Source: Girardia tigrina (taxonomy: Eukaryota). Taken from it: a stretch of 60,613 nt of DNA. Positions 37,202 to 49,787 of this stretch are shown here, one piece after another. A model generated the notes under the pieces. The model saw nothing but the letters and a program-made list of their open reading frames with translations, did no database searches and was not told the origin of the DNA. Where the stretch lies: contig MQRK01243983.1 of assembly GCA_001938485.1 (NCBI GenBank), positions 1 through 60,613 on the forward strand. The letters are read 5' to 3'. Both the position numbers and the translations under genes were made by a program. Position 1 is the stretch's first letter. Each line of letters begins with the position of its first letter.

Positions 37202-38664
37202 TAATTATATCTTAGATACAGATGCATCATTCGAATCAATAGGAGCAGTATTAAGTCAGATATCAGAAGAGAAAGAAGTAGTAATCGCGTATGCATCGAG
37301 GACTTTAACCACACATGAAAAAGGGTCCTGTGTGACAAGAAAGGAAAAAATAAGCTCTAAAGAGTTCATATTACATTTAAGCAATATTTATATGGCAAGT
37401 GATTTACAGCAAGAACTGATCATCAAGCACTGGTATATATGAAGAGTACTTCAAAACGAATAACTTCTCAATTCCAGACATGGTTGGCAAATATGGCGGA
37501 TTTCAACTTTGTTTTGAAGTATAGAAAAGGTCATGAACATGAAAATGCAGACAGATTATCACGGCCAAATGATTACGTCTGTGCCAAATGTGAAACAAAA
37601 CACGAAGAAACAAAATCAACAAAAGCAAGGGTGAAACACATCAATACAGTGGTGATTCCGTCTTCAATTCAATGGATAAAAGATGAAAAAGAAAAGTGCC
37701 TAAAGTTGAACCAGTTTCAACAAATACAGGAGATAGCAGAGGGTAGAAAGAATGAGATAACCAGTTATTACAACTAAAGGACCAATTAGTTAATCAGAAT
37801 GGGTTATGGGGTAGGAAAAAATGAAATTATGTGTTACCATTGGTTCTGAAGCAAATTTGAAGAGATTTCATCAGGAAAGTACACAAAGATTTATGTCATG
37901 TAGGTAAAAAAGACAAAGAAGTATATCCAAAAAAGTATATCCAATTATGCTACCAGATTTAGCGAAAGGGGTGCAAATAGTTATCAAAGAATGTCAGGAA
38001 TGCATACGCAGAAAAATTCCAATTGAAAAAACAAAGGAGAAGTTGATTCCCTTAAGAAGTAACGAGTTTTCAGAGCAATTCATGATGGATATCGCATATG
38101 TGGGTGACAAGAATAGAATGCACCCATATCTATTGGTCATGGTGGACTAGTTTTCGAAATTGGTCATTTTGACAGACATTAGAACTCAAAACGAAGAAAC
38201 AATAGTTCAATGCGTGTTGATGAAATGGATATTTAGATATGGGAAGCCAAAACAATATTAACAGACAATGGAAAATATTTTACTTGGGGAAAATTTAAAA
38301 ATTTCGCAGGAGATACGGAATTGAACAAAGATTTAGTAGCACATTTCAACATCAATCAAACGGGCTAACAAAAAGAACTATTCGAACAGTGAGAGACATG
38401 AGAGTAACAAGCAGAGTATACACATAGAAACGATCATGGTGGTAATCGTTCCGAAGATAGAATTCTGTTTAAATGCAACAGTACAGAGTACGACCGGATA
38501 TTCGTCCTTCGAAGTTGTGTTTGGTAATTTAAATTAAAGTGTAAATTAAACGAAATAATAAATTACGTATCTCTATTTAAAAATCATTATTTTTATGTAA
38601 AAATAGTTTGAGCGAAAAAAATCGAAATGTATTCTTTGGAAATTAATTCCAAACACTATTTTAA

Positions 38665-40649
38665 CACTATTCCTACCGGGATCGGTCGAATGACCGTTTT
38701 TAAATTTTCAATTGGAATTTCCAACATTCAACGTAAGCGAATCGCCTTTAAACTTTATGACTTTTCCTCATATATATGTATGATACATTTTTCAATAATC
38801 ACTTATTTTTTATTGTTTATTTTCTGAGAAAAAATTGTAGTCTGCCGCACCTACAACGACCGGTTATTTGTACAATTTATACATTTTTTGTAATAGTTTT
38901 TCTCTAAGACTATATGACAAAACTATAAATTCGTAACAAACGAAAGGTAAAGTAGTTGTGGCACGATTTTATCCTATAAGTGCCTTCCATAAAATGGTTT
39001 ACGGCACTTCCAAGTGTTTGCAGTTCTTGCTTGACTATCGGGTTAGAGGTGTTTATTAGCTTGATTGATCTGATACGGTTCATTTCCTCGAATTTTCTCA
39101 CGCAATCTTATCTACTATGACGGAAAAGAAATGAACTCATAACTGAAGGAAATATATAGACGTCTTCTCATGAATTCAAATCATTAGAGTCTTGCAACAC
39201 GAACAGAGCGCATCGAAACGTGAAAGTCACAAAGAGGATACTTGGCAGTCTTTTATTAGAATTATTTTATCATATTTTATATCGTATTACATGTTGTAAG
39301 TGTCATTTTCAAAATAGTGAACAAGACTAATAATACGTCGCAATAAGCTTCACATATGATTTTAATTGATTTTTTTATCTATATTGATTTACATTTTCAT
39401 ATTTTAGTTTTTATTTTTTCCGTTGAATATTTGTCCTCAAAATGTCAAGACGTTTGAGGAGTGCGAATGTATTATTATAGAAAATAAATGATATCGATGC
39501 AGAATGTTCTGAAGATGATCAAGAAATTCTGGATATGGAAATTGACAATACGGAAAATTATGATCCACTTGAAACTGTGTCGAATACCGATGAGAATGAA
39601 GAGAATATTTCGAACGTGTGTAGACGATGAAAGGTAAGGAGAGTTCTAGTTAATTCCGATAGTGAGAATGACGAAGAGGTAAGAGAAATTTCCATATCTG
39701 GGAAAAGATAAAAGTAGAGAACCCTCAGTTCCTCTTGGAGAGTTTGTCACTATGAAATTAGCAAAACTGTATGTACGATCTGGAAGAAATTTAACCACGG
39801 ACAACTTATTTACAAGCCTACCTTTAGCAACAAAACTTTTAGCAAAAAATCTACGATTGTTGGGACAATTAGAACAAATAGAAAAGAACTACCAAGACTG
39901 GCCAAACTGAAAAACGACGGCATGGTACTTTTTCAACCAAACTATATCGCTCAAATAATTGTATGTTGACAGCTTAAAAAGTTAAACCAAAAAAGAAAGT
40001 TCTAATTCTCAGTTCAATGCACAATTCCGTACAAGTTGAAGAAAATGACTCCCGAACACCGGAGACAATTCAGTTGTATAATAGCACCAAATTTGGCATA
40101 GATGTAAGTGACCAAAGGGTTAGAAATTATTCGGTAAAATCTAAATCACGGAGATGGCCTTTGCAAGTATTTTTAATATCTTGGATTTAGCCTGGATAAA
40201 TGCATGGTGTTATATAAAGAAACTATGAGAGGAGAAATTACAAGACATGAATTTCTATTCCAATTGGCAGAAGAACTTGCCATCGAATACCAACAAGAGA
40301 TAGGCAAAGAGAATCAACCAATACCCATCGCAAGTACAAGTAGAGGTTCCCGTGAACGGAAAACATGTCAGATAAGGTATTGTAAAGATAATAGGGCGAA
40401 TAAAATCTGTATAAAATGTAAAAAGTACGTATGTGGAAAATGTACAGTTGAGAAGTCCATTTGTAAAAAGTGCGACGAAAAAGAATAAAATGTAGTTTAT
40501 GTACTCTTGAATAAAAGAAAAAATATTTTTATACTGGTAAACTGGCTATTGGTCTGCATTCAATATTGAAAAATATAAGTTGTGAAATACCGGTCATTTG
40601 ACCGGTCGCGGTAGGAATAGGTATACGTGAAGTGTCGGTAAAAATAGTG
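38665..40649 (+). mobile_element. piggyBac element, internally deleted (PGBD4-like transposase remnants)
   Basis: TTAA|CACTATTCCTACCG ... CGGTAAAAATAGTG|TTAA; remnants VGTIRTNRKELP, YNSTKFGIDVSDQ, SRRWPL and Cys-rich C-terminus CQIRYCKDNRANKICIKCKKYVCGKC. Confidence 0.92.
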
Positions 40650-41600
40650 TTAAGAACACAAATGCAGTTTTATAATGCGGAGATATAATAATCCATTAAA
40701 ATATTTACTAAAAATTCTATTAGTTCAAAATTAAAATAAATATTAATTATTTTAAAAATAAAAATTTATTTAAAAATTTTAAATAAAATTAATCAACCGA
40801 TATAAAATTTTACAATCATTTAAAAATATAAATAAATTTAAACAATACATATTTTCAGATAATAAGAATTAAAATATTAACCATCCATCTGGGTAGTAGG
40901 GACGTAATTCCAAATCAACACAACATTCAAACACAAAACATTTTAAGTAATCCTCACAAGTTATTTTATTATTATTAAATACATGTTTTATACATGTCAA
41001 ATTTTATTTTTTAACTGCCAATTATCACGAACTTGACACATGTTGTTGAATACTAAATCGTAATTCTCATAAAAACCTTTTCAAATTGAATCTTTTTTTC
41101 AAATGTTCAATTTTCATTGAAAAATGGTTACAACAGTAGCACCAACGTTAGTTTCTGCTTTTCTTTCAAAGATTGAAAATGTGAAGAAGGAAATTGAATA
41201 AAAACAGCATAAACACGAAGTTCGAAAAATGACTTCGATTAGAAGAACATTAACAGATCATTTTTTTTATCCTGATATCATTCAAGCAGTTTTAAAATAT
41301 CCAAAGTTGGAAAACGTTTACACATTATTTGTTTATTAGTAATCTTTTTATTGAAACAAAATTCATAAAATGTCATCCAGCGATTATTTCACTCAAAAAA
41401 TAAAAATTTGTGCAGTAATAATTTCAACAACAATTTCGTTTACATTTTTTACAAAATAATTAATTAAACTGAAAATAATTTCTTTTCCAAATAAAACATT
41501 TAATTTCAATTTCTGATTTCTATTAAATTAAAAAAAATACATATAAATATTAAAATAATTATTTTAATTGTCAATTTGTTTAAATGAATCATTTTCCAAA

Positions 41601-41614
41601 TTCGTCATAGTGAC
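41601..41614. promoter_or_regulatory. RFX X-box-like motif upstream of RSPH9
   Basis: TTCGTCATAGTGAC, with a palindromic GTCA-TAG-TGAC core, ends 27 bp before the ATG of a motile-cilia gene. Confidence 0.4.
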
Positions 41615-41641
41615 ATAAACTAATTACTAAATTGCAAAATT

Positions 41642-41868
41642 ATGAATTCGACCGATTTGCACTTGATGATCGATTATTTGGGCAGCAGCGGTATCGTTTT
41701 ATCACCGGAACAAAAATCGGTGCTACAAACGTCACTAGTGATACTGAAAAATGAGCAAAAGTTTAATAAAGTAATGTTTTGGGGATGCATCAAGGGAATC
41801 AAGTCGGAGTATTACATCGTGCAAGGGATCGGGGCCGACGAGATGAGCGACAAGAAGTGCTTGTACAG
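41642..41868 (+). CDS. RSPH9: radial spoke head protein 9, exon 1
   Basis: MNSTDLHLMIDYLGSSGIVLSPEQKSVLQTSLVILKNEQKFNKVMFWGCIKGIKSEYYIVQG; GT donor at 41869, 52-bp intron. Confidence 0.92.
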
Positions 41869-41920
41869 GTTGATGTTGCTGGATTGCTTTGATGAATGAT
41901 TGATGATGTTCTCGTTTCAG

Positions 41921-42089
41921 TAAGGACTGCATGAAGTGGGTCATTCTGCCGCCTCCGTCGGCGGAGGTCAGAGACAAGGCCGTGTTCTTCAAGGGGAGAT
42001 TCACGGGCGATCCAAGCAATGAATTCGAGCACGTCGAGACGAGACAGGTGCCGGGGGAGGGCGACGAGGTCCACGAGGAGCAAGAGACG
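41921..42089 (+). CDS. RSPH9: radial spoke head protein 9, exon 2
   Basis: TTTCAG acceptor; (S)KDCMKWVILPPP..KGRFTGDPSNEFEH..EEQET; GT donor at 42090. Confidence 0.92.
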
Positions 42090-42369
42090 GTTGGGATTGA
42101 TGAGTTGTTGATTAAATTACGAGTTTGATGTCCTCTTATCATGCTAAGTAAAGTCCATTGCATCTCGGTTAATTATATTACAATAAGTACTTTAATAATT
42201 CGCGGGATTCAGTTTTGTCCTAAAATTTAATCGAAAGTATAATCAAATTATAATGAGTGCGTGGACAATGACACAAGGTGAAGCAAAATCAGTGATAAAA
42301 TGTGCAGAAATCATTCAGAGTTTTTATTTTAACGAAAATCAAAATCATTTTTAGACGAACCTCAATTTA

Positions 42370-42910
42370 GATTATAATGGATCACAAGATTTGGTATTCC
42401 AGCGGAGATAGTGACAGACAGGGGCACGCAATTTCCCAGTTCTAATCAATCAAAACAACGGCATATCATCCACGGTCAAACGAAAAGGTTGAAAGGTTAC
42501 ATCGTACAATCAAAGCGCCCACAATGGAAACAGCAATTTAAACTCTAAGCCTACGAAACTGCGTTGATAAAAGCGGAAAGTCACCGGCTCAAAACGTTTA
42601 TAGCGCCAATCTAGCTATTCCTGACGCTATATTTCATCAACCAGAAGATTTAACGGTCTAATTGATAAAAACATTTCCGAAAGCGGAGAGATTGCCACAA
42701 GAAATATTCCAAACAGAGCCAACATCTCGAAAACTATCGAAAACTGAAAATTGTCGACATTCAAAAACAGAAGTTCCGTACTCGGGCCCTTACTAATTGA
42801 ACAAGAAAGATCCGAAATATTTCACTTTAGAGGATGGAAATACAGTATCGGTGGATCGACTCCAACCGGCGTTCATCATCGCCCACGAAAATTCTGAGGA
42901 AGAATTGTAA
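42370..42910 (+). mobile_element. Gypsy integrase remnant in RSPH9 intron 2
   Basis: WITRFGIPAEIVTDRGTQF, TTAYHPRSNEKVERLHRTIKA, PYSGPY, TVSVDRLQPAF. Confidence 0.85.
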
Positions 42911-43343
42911 TATCACAAATAATGTTGTCAAGTTATTTCCATTATTATTGTTAGGGGTTCTTTTTGGTGAACTGTAAATTTTTGATATTTTTAAGTTAAA
43001 AATCATAATTATATTTTAGATAAATTAAAAATAATGTTCGACTAATTAAAATGAAATAAGTTTTTAAAAAAAAATATAGTGTAATGATAATATTTTACTA
43101 ATTACATTGGAACAACTTTTTTATAAAAATTAGGTTTTAAAAAATCACAATTAAAATAACATTTTCGGAGTAAAAGAATATTTCGATATATCTTGTAACA
43201 CTTTTTAAAATAAAAGTCATAATGCTTATTGAAGTTAATAGTCCACGGAAATTCTCATTAAAAAATAATTTATAATTGAATGATTTAAAATTAAAGAAAA
43301 AATTATTTAGGAATTGAATTTTTACAGGACATATCCATTAATA

Positions 43344-43916
43344 TTAGGTGTATAACTTAGTTTTTTGGACTTTTTTGCAGAACAGACAAGTTTATTTATA
43401 TGACATAATAAGTTTTATTCTAATCAAAATATTTTCTATCGTTAATTATGACTTTCGACCATCTTTCAGGCAAATTATGAATTCCATCGAAAAAAAAGTT
43501 TTTGTCTTTTGATGCGATCCATTGTTCCAGCCATTTGTTTATATGTTCCTGGTTTCTGAAGTGCTGGTCCCGAAGAGCGCTTTGCATTGATCGGAGCAGA
43601 TGATAATCTGATGGGGCACAATCTGGTGAATAGGCAGCATGCGGTAGAATTTTCCATTTAAGTGCTTCCAACGTGTTTTTTACTTGTTTTGCGACATGTG
43701 ACCGAGCATTGTCATGGAGCAAAATCACTGTGCGCTTTTTTTTGGCTGGAATAGGATGTTTTTCCTTCAATGCATCGTTCAATTTCATTAACTGTTGTGC
43801 ATTAACAGTTTCATTCGAATTCAGCAGCTCATAGTACAGTACACCTTTCTAATCCCACCAAATGCACAACATAACCTTGCTTCCATGAATGTTTCTTTTT
43901 GCTGTTGACGTGGACG
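43344..43916 (-). mobile_element. mariner (Mos1/mauritiana-like) 3' half, remainder in the N-gap
   Basis: KVMLCIWWD, LLHDNARSHVA, PHAAYSPDCAPSDYHLLRSM, LPERWSKVI; TA|TTAGGTGTATAACT terminus. Confidence 0.9.
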
Positions 43917-46469
43917 NNNNNNNNNNNNNNNNNNNNNNNNNNNNNNNNNNNNNNNNNNNNNNNNNNNNNNNNNNNNNNNNNNNNNNNNNNNNNNNNNNNN
44001 NNNNNNNNNNNNNNNNNNNNNNNNNNNNNNNNNNNNNNNNNNNNNNNNNNNNNNNNNNNNNNNNNNNNNNNNNNNNNNNNNNNNNNNNNNNNNNNNNNNN
44101 NNNNNNNNNNNNNNNNNNNNNNNNNNNNNNNNNNNNNNNNNNNNNNNNNNNNNNNNNNNNNNNNNNNNNNNNNNNNNNNNNNNNNNNNNNNNNNNNNNNN
44201 NNNNNNNNNNNNNNNNNNNNNNNNNNNNNNNNNNNNNNNNNNNNNNNNNNNNNNNNNNNNNNNNNNNNNNNNNNNNNNNNNNNNNNNNNNNNNNNNNNNN
44301 NNNNNNNNNNNNNNNNNNNNNNNNNNNNNNNNNNNNNNNNNNNNNNNNNNNNNNNNNNNNNNNNNNNNNNNNNNNNNNNNNNNNNNNNNNNNNNNNNNNN
44401 NNNNNNNNNNNNNNNNNNNNNNNNNNNNNNNNNNNNNNNNNNNNNNNNNNNNNNNNNNNNNNNNNNNNNNNNNNNNNNNNNNNNNNNNNNNAATATGATT
44501 TATGCAAAATTGAATAAAATAACATATATACATATATATACATCGATATTATTATTTATATTTAGAATTTTAAAATCTGGTTTATTTAACTGAAATATTG
44601 TTCCTCATAAATTTGTTTGAATAATGAAAGTTGTATTAGAAATAAAGTTTGCGAATAATGACTTTGGATTTTAATCACGAACCCAATAATTATTACCTCT
44701 TTACTCCTCGAAAAGGAGAAAACTGAATCAATTTCATGTATTAAATCTAATACATTTGTAAACAGATAAATAAGCAACACAATCAATACAAAAATAATGT
44801 GTCGAAAGTAACAAAAATAGATAAAACAAGTGATAAAATGTCAATGAAATAAATTTAATTAATTTAAAACTAGGAAAATGGTAAACGTATTGTGAATGGT
44901 AAAAATGCATTAAAATTAATTGATGAACCACTCACTTAAGTCAGGGGACTTCGGTCGAAAAGCAAAAAAAAACATCAAAGTTTTTGTAGACAGACGACTC
45001 TTTTTTCAACAAAATTGCTAAAATGACAATGATACATAATTTATGTTTAAAAATTTTTGGGTTTATCAATTTAGAATTGATCATTTTCTAGAAAGTTAAT
45101 TTGAATCTTTACTGAAGAAAATTAATCAAGCATGACTGAAGGGTTGAGTCTTCCTCGAAGAAGATAATTTCGATTAACGTAGACATGTAAATACAGAATT
45201 GCTCAAAAGCAGGAACTGCACCATGTCCCGATTCCAACCCTCTGAGTCAAGTTTAAAGTGTTCTATAGCATCGTCAAAGAAGTAAGGACAAAGATCTCTT
45301 TTCTCACTTACGCCGAGCCACATTGTCACTTAACTGGATGCAGTCTATGTTCTCGGTCTACTTTAGGAATTTTAATTCTTCTGAAATGGGTATTTAATTT
45401 ATTGACGAACATATTTCATTAATAGAGGGTCATTTACCCATTATTAAGTTGTGGGTAAAATGCGATTCTTGTCTTACGAAATCTTAAACAGGTTTCGAGT
45501 ACGCTCATTGTATTTTGCTGTCCGGTTGCGTGAATTCAAGCACGATTTGCATATTAAACAATAATATATGTTGTATTTTATTAAGCTTCTGTAGAGAAGT
45601 GCGAGATATGCCCAGTTCAATACATCGTCATCAGCTTGACATTCAAGGTTCCAATTTAAAGCTTTCCCGTGCACATTGAAAGACACTACAAAATGGCTAG
45701 TGTAAGGCCACTGGGGTAGCAGAATTGACTGCTGATTTTCAAGAAAAATTAAATGAATTTCATTCTTTGCTTTTTTGGTGAATTTCTCTGTAGATAATTT
45801 AGAGGAAAAAATCTGCAAAATGTTATTAATCTTCAACAAATAAAGAAAAGTAACATCATTCTCAAAAGATATCAGATTTCCAAAAAGGTCTTGTGGTCAT
45901 GGAGGAATATAAATAAATAATTAGGCATGTAATACTGTGGTAATCGAGAGCCGATTTTGTATTTATTTAGCAGTCCATTCTACTTGCTTTCTCTCTTTCA
46001 TCCTGTACAATCCTCAAATTATTCTATGCGTATGTATCATTTTTTGGTCTGAACGAAGTTCAATTTAATATGAATGCGTGATAGCTTTTTTATTCACATG
46101 TATCATTTTTATGTGTTATTCTTTATGTTCGAAAAGAGTATAAGATTTTTTTTAGTGAAGAAAGAAGGAGCTAGTTTGAAGAAGCTCGAAAGAAGAATAT
46201 GATACAAGAAGCCAGCAAAGAACGAAGGATCATATTATTTAAATAAATAATAATGATTGTCATATAAACTATGACAACTAATTAGAATTTAAAAATTGAA
46301 ATTTAAAAAAAATTCAATAATCCATAAAATGAATTTATCATAAAACACTATGAATTATTAAGTAGTCCTACGAGACAATAAAACTGTGGTTTTCAATAAC
46401 ATTATTTTACATCTGTGTTCTACTTTTGGTGTTAACTGATTTACGAGTGATTACGGTTATGTCCTTGAA

Positions 46470-46800
46470 ATACTTTTTTTGGGTACCGTAGCTTTTTGGG
46501 CCGTGGGTGCACTCAATTATGCACAATCATATGGCTTGGGTTTGCATATTTTTGAGTGTCTCAGTAGGCGAGGAACCTGGTGGTGCCTATCTCCTCTCCC
46601 GGTATGGATGGCCGTTGGCTCAAAGGAGCTCATCCGCCCTTTGCTAGGTTTTGTTTTTCATCCTGCTAAGTGTCCACACACCTTCACCCAGGTTGCAATT
46701 CTACCAGTAATTTATTTGTCCATCAATTCATCTACCTCTAATCAAGTTTTCCTATCTCGTGACTAAACATTACCCTGAATTCATTGTGTTGAACTGAACA
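46470..46800 (-). mobile_element. RTE-like LINE 3' remnant with A tail
   Basis: Minus strand ends CACGGCCCAAAAAGCTACGGTACCC-A8, similar to the 3' end of the LINE at ~58400 (CACGGCCCAACGGCTAAGGTC). Confidence 0.45.
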
Positions 46801-47665
46801 GTGTTTTGGTTTTCCTCAATTGAGCAGATTGTATCACGTTATAAAAGTTATTATATTCTAATTATTTGATTTTTTAGTTAGTTAAAATACGTCACTAATC
46901 AGTTCCTATTTCATCATATTGTCTAGTATACGTGGATGAGTATTTTTATTATTCATTATAATATTTTGTAATCGTAAAAATTAAAGAAAGCTCTGTCGTC
47001 CAATATATTACACAATAAGGCGAATTGAAAAATTAGGAAGAGCAGCCTGATTATGAAGATAAAGAGTTTTATCCCAAAAATGAGTCAAAGAAGGAAGAAA
47101 CATCTCTCAATTTTATCCATCGAACGTTATTCGTTCTAATCTTGGCAGTTAAGTTTCCGAATGGTTTAGCAACAGGAGATTGTCAGTTTTTGCCAAGAAT
47201 TAATTTTGTTAAATATTTTTTAGTGTTAATTAATAAACTATAGATATCGATATATAGAGAAATATAATTTTGTGAATGTGAATAAGGATGTAGTGACCAT
47301 TATGGCAGTAACGTCCGTGAAGTCTCTGATGGAGGAAGGAGGATTGAGGTAGGAAGAGTAGGAGCCATTAATCTCGCTAACATTCTCTTTTGGGCCGTCT
47401 GATTAAATTGAGCATTTTATTTTGCTTTTATTTGCGAAAGTTAAATAATTATCATTTAAATATATATCATTTTTAATTATTTTTTATTTATAATTTTCAT
47501 GACAGCTTAGTTACCAAGTATTAATATTGTATTGGCCCGTTGTTTTTTATTTTAGGTAATATAATAAAAATAATAAAATAATGCAATAAGAAACATGCAT
47601 TTATACAACCGTTTAAATAAGAATTTAAGAATAAGCCTTCTTCAGGGGTTTATTTATTACCATTT

Positions 47666-47990
47666 GGGAACATCCATATATTATGTACGCACTGAAGGGG
47701 GAGAGGGGTATTTAAATTTAAAAGATTTTGCGTATGGGTGCGAATGATAATGGAGGTGGGTAATTATTAAATATGTAAACATGCAATGGTTTTCTATAAA
47801 AACATCTTTTTATTTTTCTGCTCTGTGAACACACCATCATTCTATCAACAAAGGTGGAATATTTTATAAAAATGGTGGTTCGAGACTCAATTTGTATGTG
47901 CTTATGGTAGTTCAAAATGTACATGGTGCAATGGGGGGGGGTAGGAGGGGGTTAAAATATTAACTTNTTTTGNGTATGTAATAAATGGAT
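47666..47990. mobile_element. PIF/Harbinger-like MITE
   Basis: GGGAACATCCATATATTATGTACGC...G-tracts...GNGTATGTAATAAATGGAT imperfect TIRs. Confidence 0.5.
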
Positions 47991-48391
47991 ATAATAATAA
48001 AAATAATAAAATAATGCAATAAGAAACATGCATTTATACAACCGTTTAAATAAGAATTTAAGAATAACCCTTCTTCAGGGGTTTATTTATTACCATTTGG
48101 GAACATCCATATATTATGTAGTTTAGGAAAATATCTCATGTGTGAGATCTTTGTAACTCTTGAAATTACCCATTTATTTAAGGTTATTTGTGACGTGTCA
48201 TTCCTTTTAGACTCCCTCTTTGATTGAACGTCCAAATCTTTGTGTATACGAATGGATAAAAGATACACCTACATAAGTAAAAAAACCTTTTATTACAAGA
48301 CTTTAGAAACTCTTTACCAAATTCAAAATTATTTTGATACAAATGATCAATTTGAGTCATAAGAAATAATCGTATTATCTTTTACCTATAG

Positions 48392-48521
48392 ATAACGATC
48401 AAGGAAGAAGACAGATTGGCGGCGGTGATCGCGGAAATCGATCACGATGTTTTCATTGTTCCTCGTGGATCGTACATTAAGCTCCCAACCGGACAAGTTA
48501 TAACAAACCGATCTTTTGAGG
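48392..48521 (+). CDS. RSPH9: radial spoke head protein 9, exon 3
   Basis: CCTATAG acceptor; ITIKEEDRLAAVIAEIDHDVFIVPRGSYIKLPTGQVITNRSFEG; followed by a 48-bp intron. Confidence 0.92.
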
Positions 48522-48569
48522 GTATAAAGCTTTGATTCTTGTTTCAATTTGTTCATAAAATACATTTAG

Positions 48570-48877
48570 GCCTTACAGTTTCTGAGTCGGCTAAAATGTC
48601 GTCTTATTTTCATTTTCGAGAGCCGATAGAATTACAAAAGAAACAGTTAATGGATTTGGCTAAAATGGATAAATCAATTGACTTTCTCGACTCAATTGAG
48701 ACGGATTTGCCACAGTTGAGCTGGTCGCTGCAATTCGACCGCGGCAGCAGTCTCATAATTCTCAAGAGTCTCTTGTGGCCTGGATACGTGTTTTATCAGG
48801 TCCCGGATACTCGGAATTTCGGTTCTCTTTACATCGGTTATGGAGAATACAATATTGACCTTCCTTTCATGCTGTAA
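48570..48877 (+). CDS. RSPH9: radial spoke head protein 9, exon 4
   Basis: LTVSESAKMSSYFHFREP..DFLDSI..WSLQFDRGSSLIILKSLLWPGYVFY..FGSLYIGYGEYNIDLPFML*. Exons sum to 834 nt = 277 aa. AATAAA at ~48905. Confidence 0.95.
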
Positions 48878-49349
48878 AAACAACAAACCATTTTTTAAAG
48901 ATTAATAAATGATTAATGCTGATTATTAATATATTATTATTATCATTATTATAATTATTATATTTTTTATTAATATTTTCACATGGCAGTAGAACATTGA
49001 CCCCCACAGCATCAAATTTGTCTCATTGAGAAGAATAAATGAAGCCCCAGGAGAGGCAACCAAAATTGGACCACAGAAAATGAAAGAAAATGGCTCACCA
49101 AAGTCCGATCAAAATTTTGGAAATGGATAAATATTTCATATATATATATATAAAAGTATAAACAATGATAAAAACAAAAAAGGAATTTAAAAACAAAAAA
49201 TAAATTATTACAAAAAATTATGATTGCAAAAAAATCTTTAAATAAAAGAATAGTTTTTGATAAAAATAGAAATTAAAAAAACGTTAAAAAATATGTATAA
49301 AGGGATTTTAAAAATAATAACTTGATTTTGCTTACATCGATATTGTTAA

Positions 49350-49787
49350 TGATTTATGGCTGTTTGATTGTAAAATGAGGAGGGTGACCCGACCGACATC
49401 AACAGCAACGAGAGTGTTCAATCGATTTAATGAAATAACTGACAATCCAAGTGTGATAATTACATGGGCACAGTGTTGTGTCACAGTTTGAGGGGCGGTA
49501 CTGGCGCTGGATTTGGTAGCAGGCTCACTCAATCTATACGAGACGAGTTTCAACTACATAAAATCTTCAATTGCACCACAGCGCCGTCTGATATCGGTGG
49601 TGACTCTCCCTTACAGTATTACAACATCCTATTGACTTTGGCCACTCTCAATCGTCTCAATGATGGAATATCCTTATTCCATAATAATTCTCTCCTCAAT
49701 CGACTGGGACATGATTTATCATACCCAATCAAATATCCGTACAGGGAATTCGATAACACTCATCATATGGGTTCTCTCCCACATTAA
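49350..49787 (+). pseudogene. divergent tubulin fragment, zeta(eta)-tubulin-like; possibly one exon or a pseudogene
   Basis: KCDNYMGTVLCHSLRGGTGAGFGSRLTQSIRDEF..APSDIGGDSPLQYYNILLTLATLNRLNDGISLFHNNSLL; tubulin signature plus a GDSPLQxYN motif. Upstream continuation needs a frameshift or splice at ~49445. Confidence 0.7.

Larger units (their letters stand above)
34545..38525 (+). mobile_element. decayed Ty3/Gypsy pol (RT-RNase H-integrase) interrupted by two insertions
   Basis: RVPFELSAAPGTFQR..VVIYLDDVLIYS..KCKF..FLGH..LRAFLGLCN*YRRFIKNYA (34550-35070). Resumes at ~37204 with YILDTDASFESIGAVLSQ..VIAYASRTL, YRKGHEHENADRLSR, and integrase WIFRYGKP/HQSNGL. Confidence 0.92.

Noticed and set aside
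43821-44593. 200+ aa ORFs in the ORF track (also 50151-50687, 14330-14743, 54850-55041)
   Set aside because: Artefacts of N-runs and (TA)n.
49050-49130. RGNQNW as the tubulin GRGNNW motif
   Set aside because: One extra residue, an in-frame stop just upstream and no other tubulin similarity.
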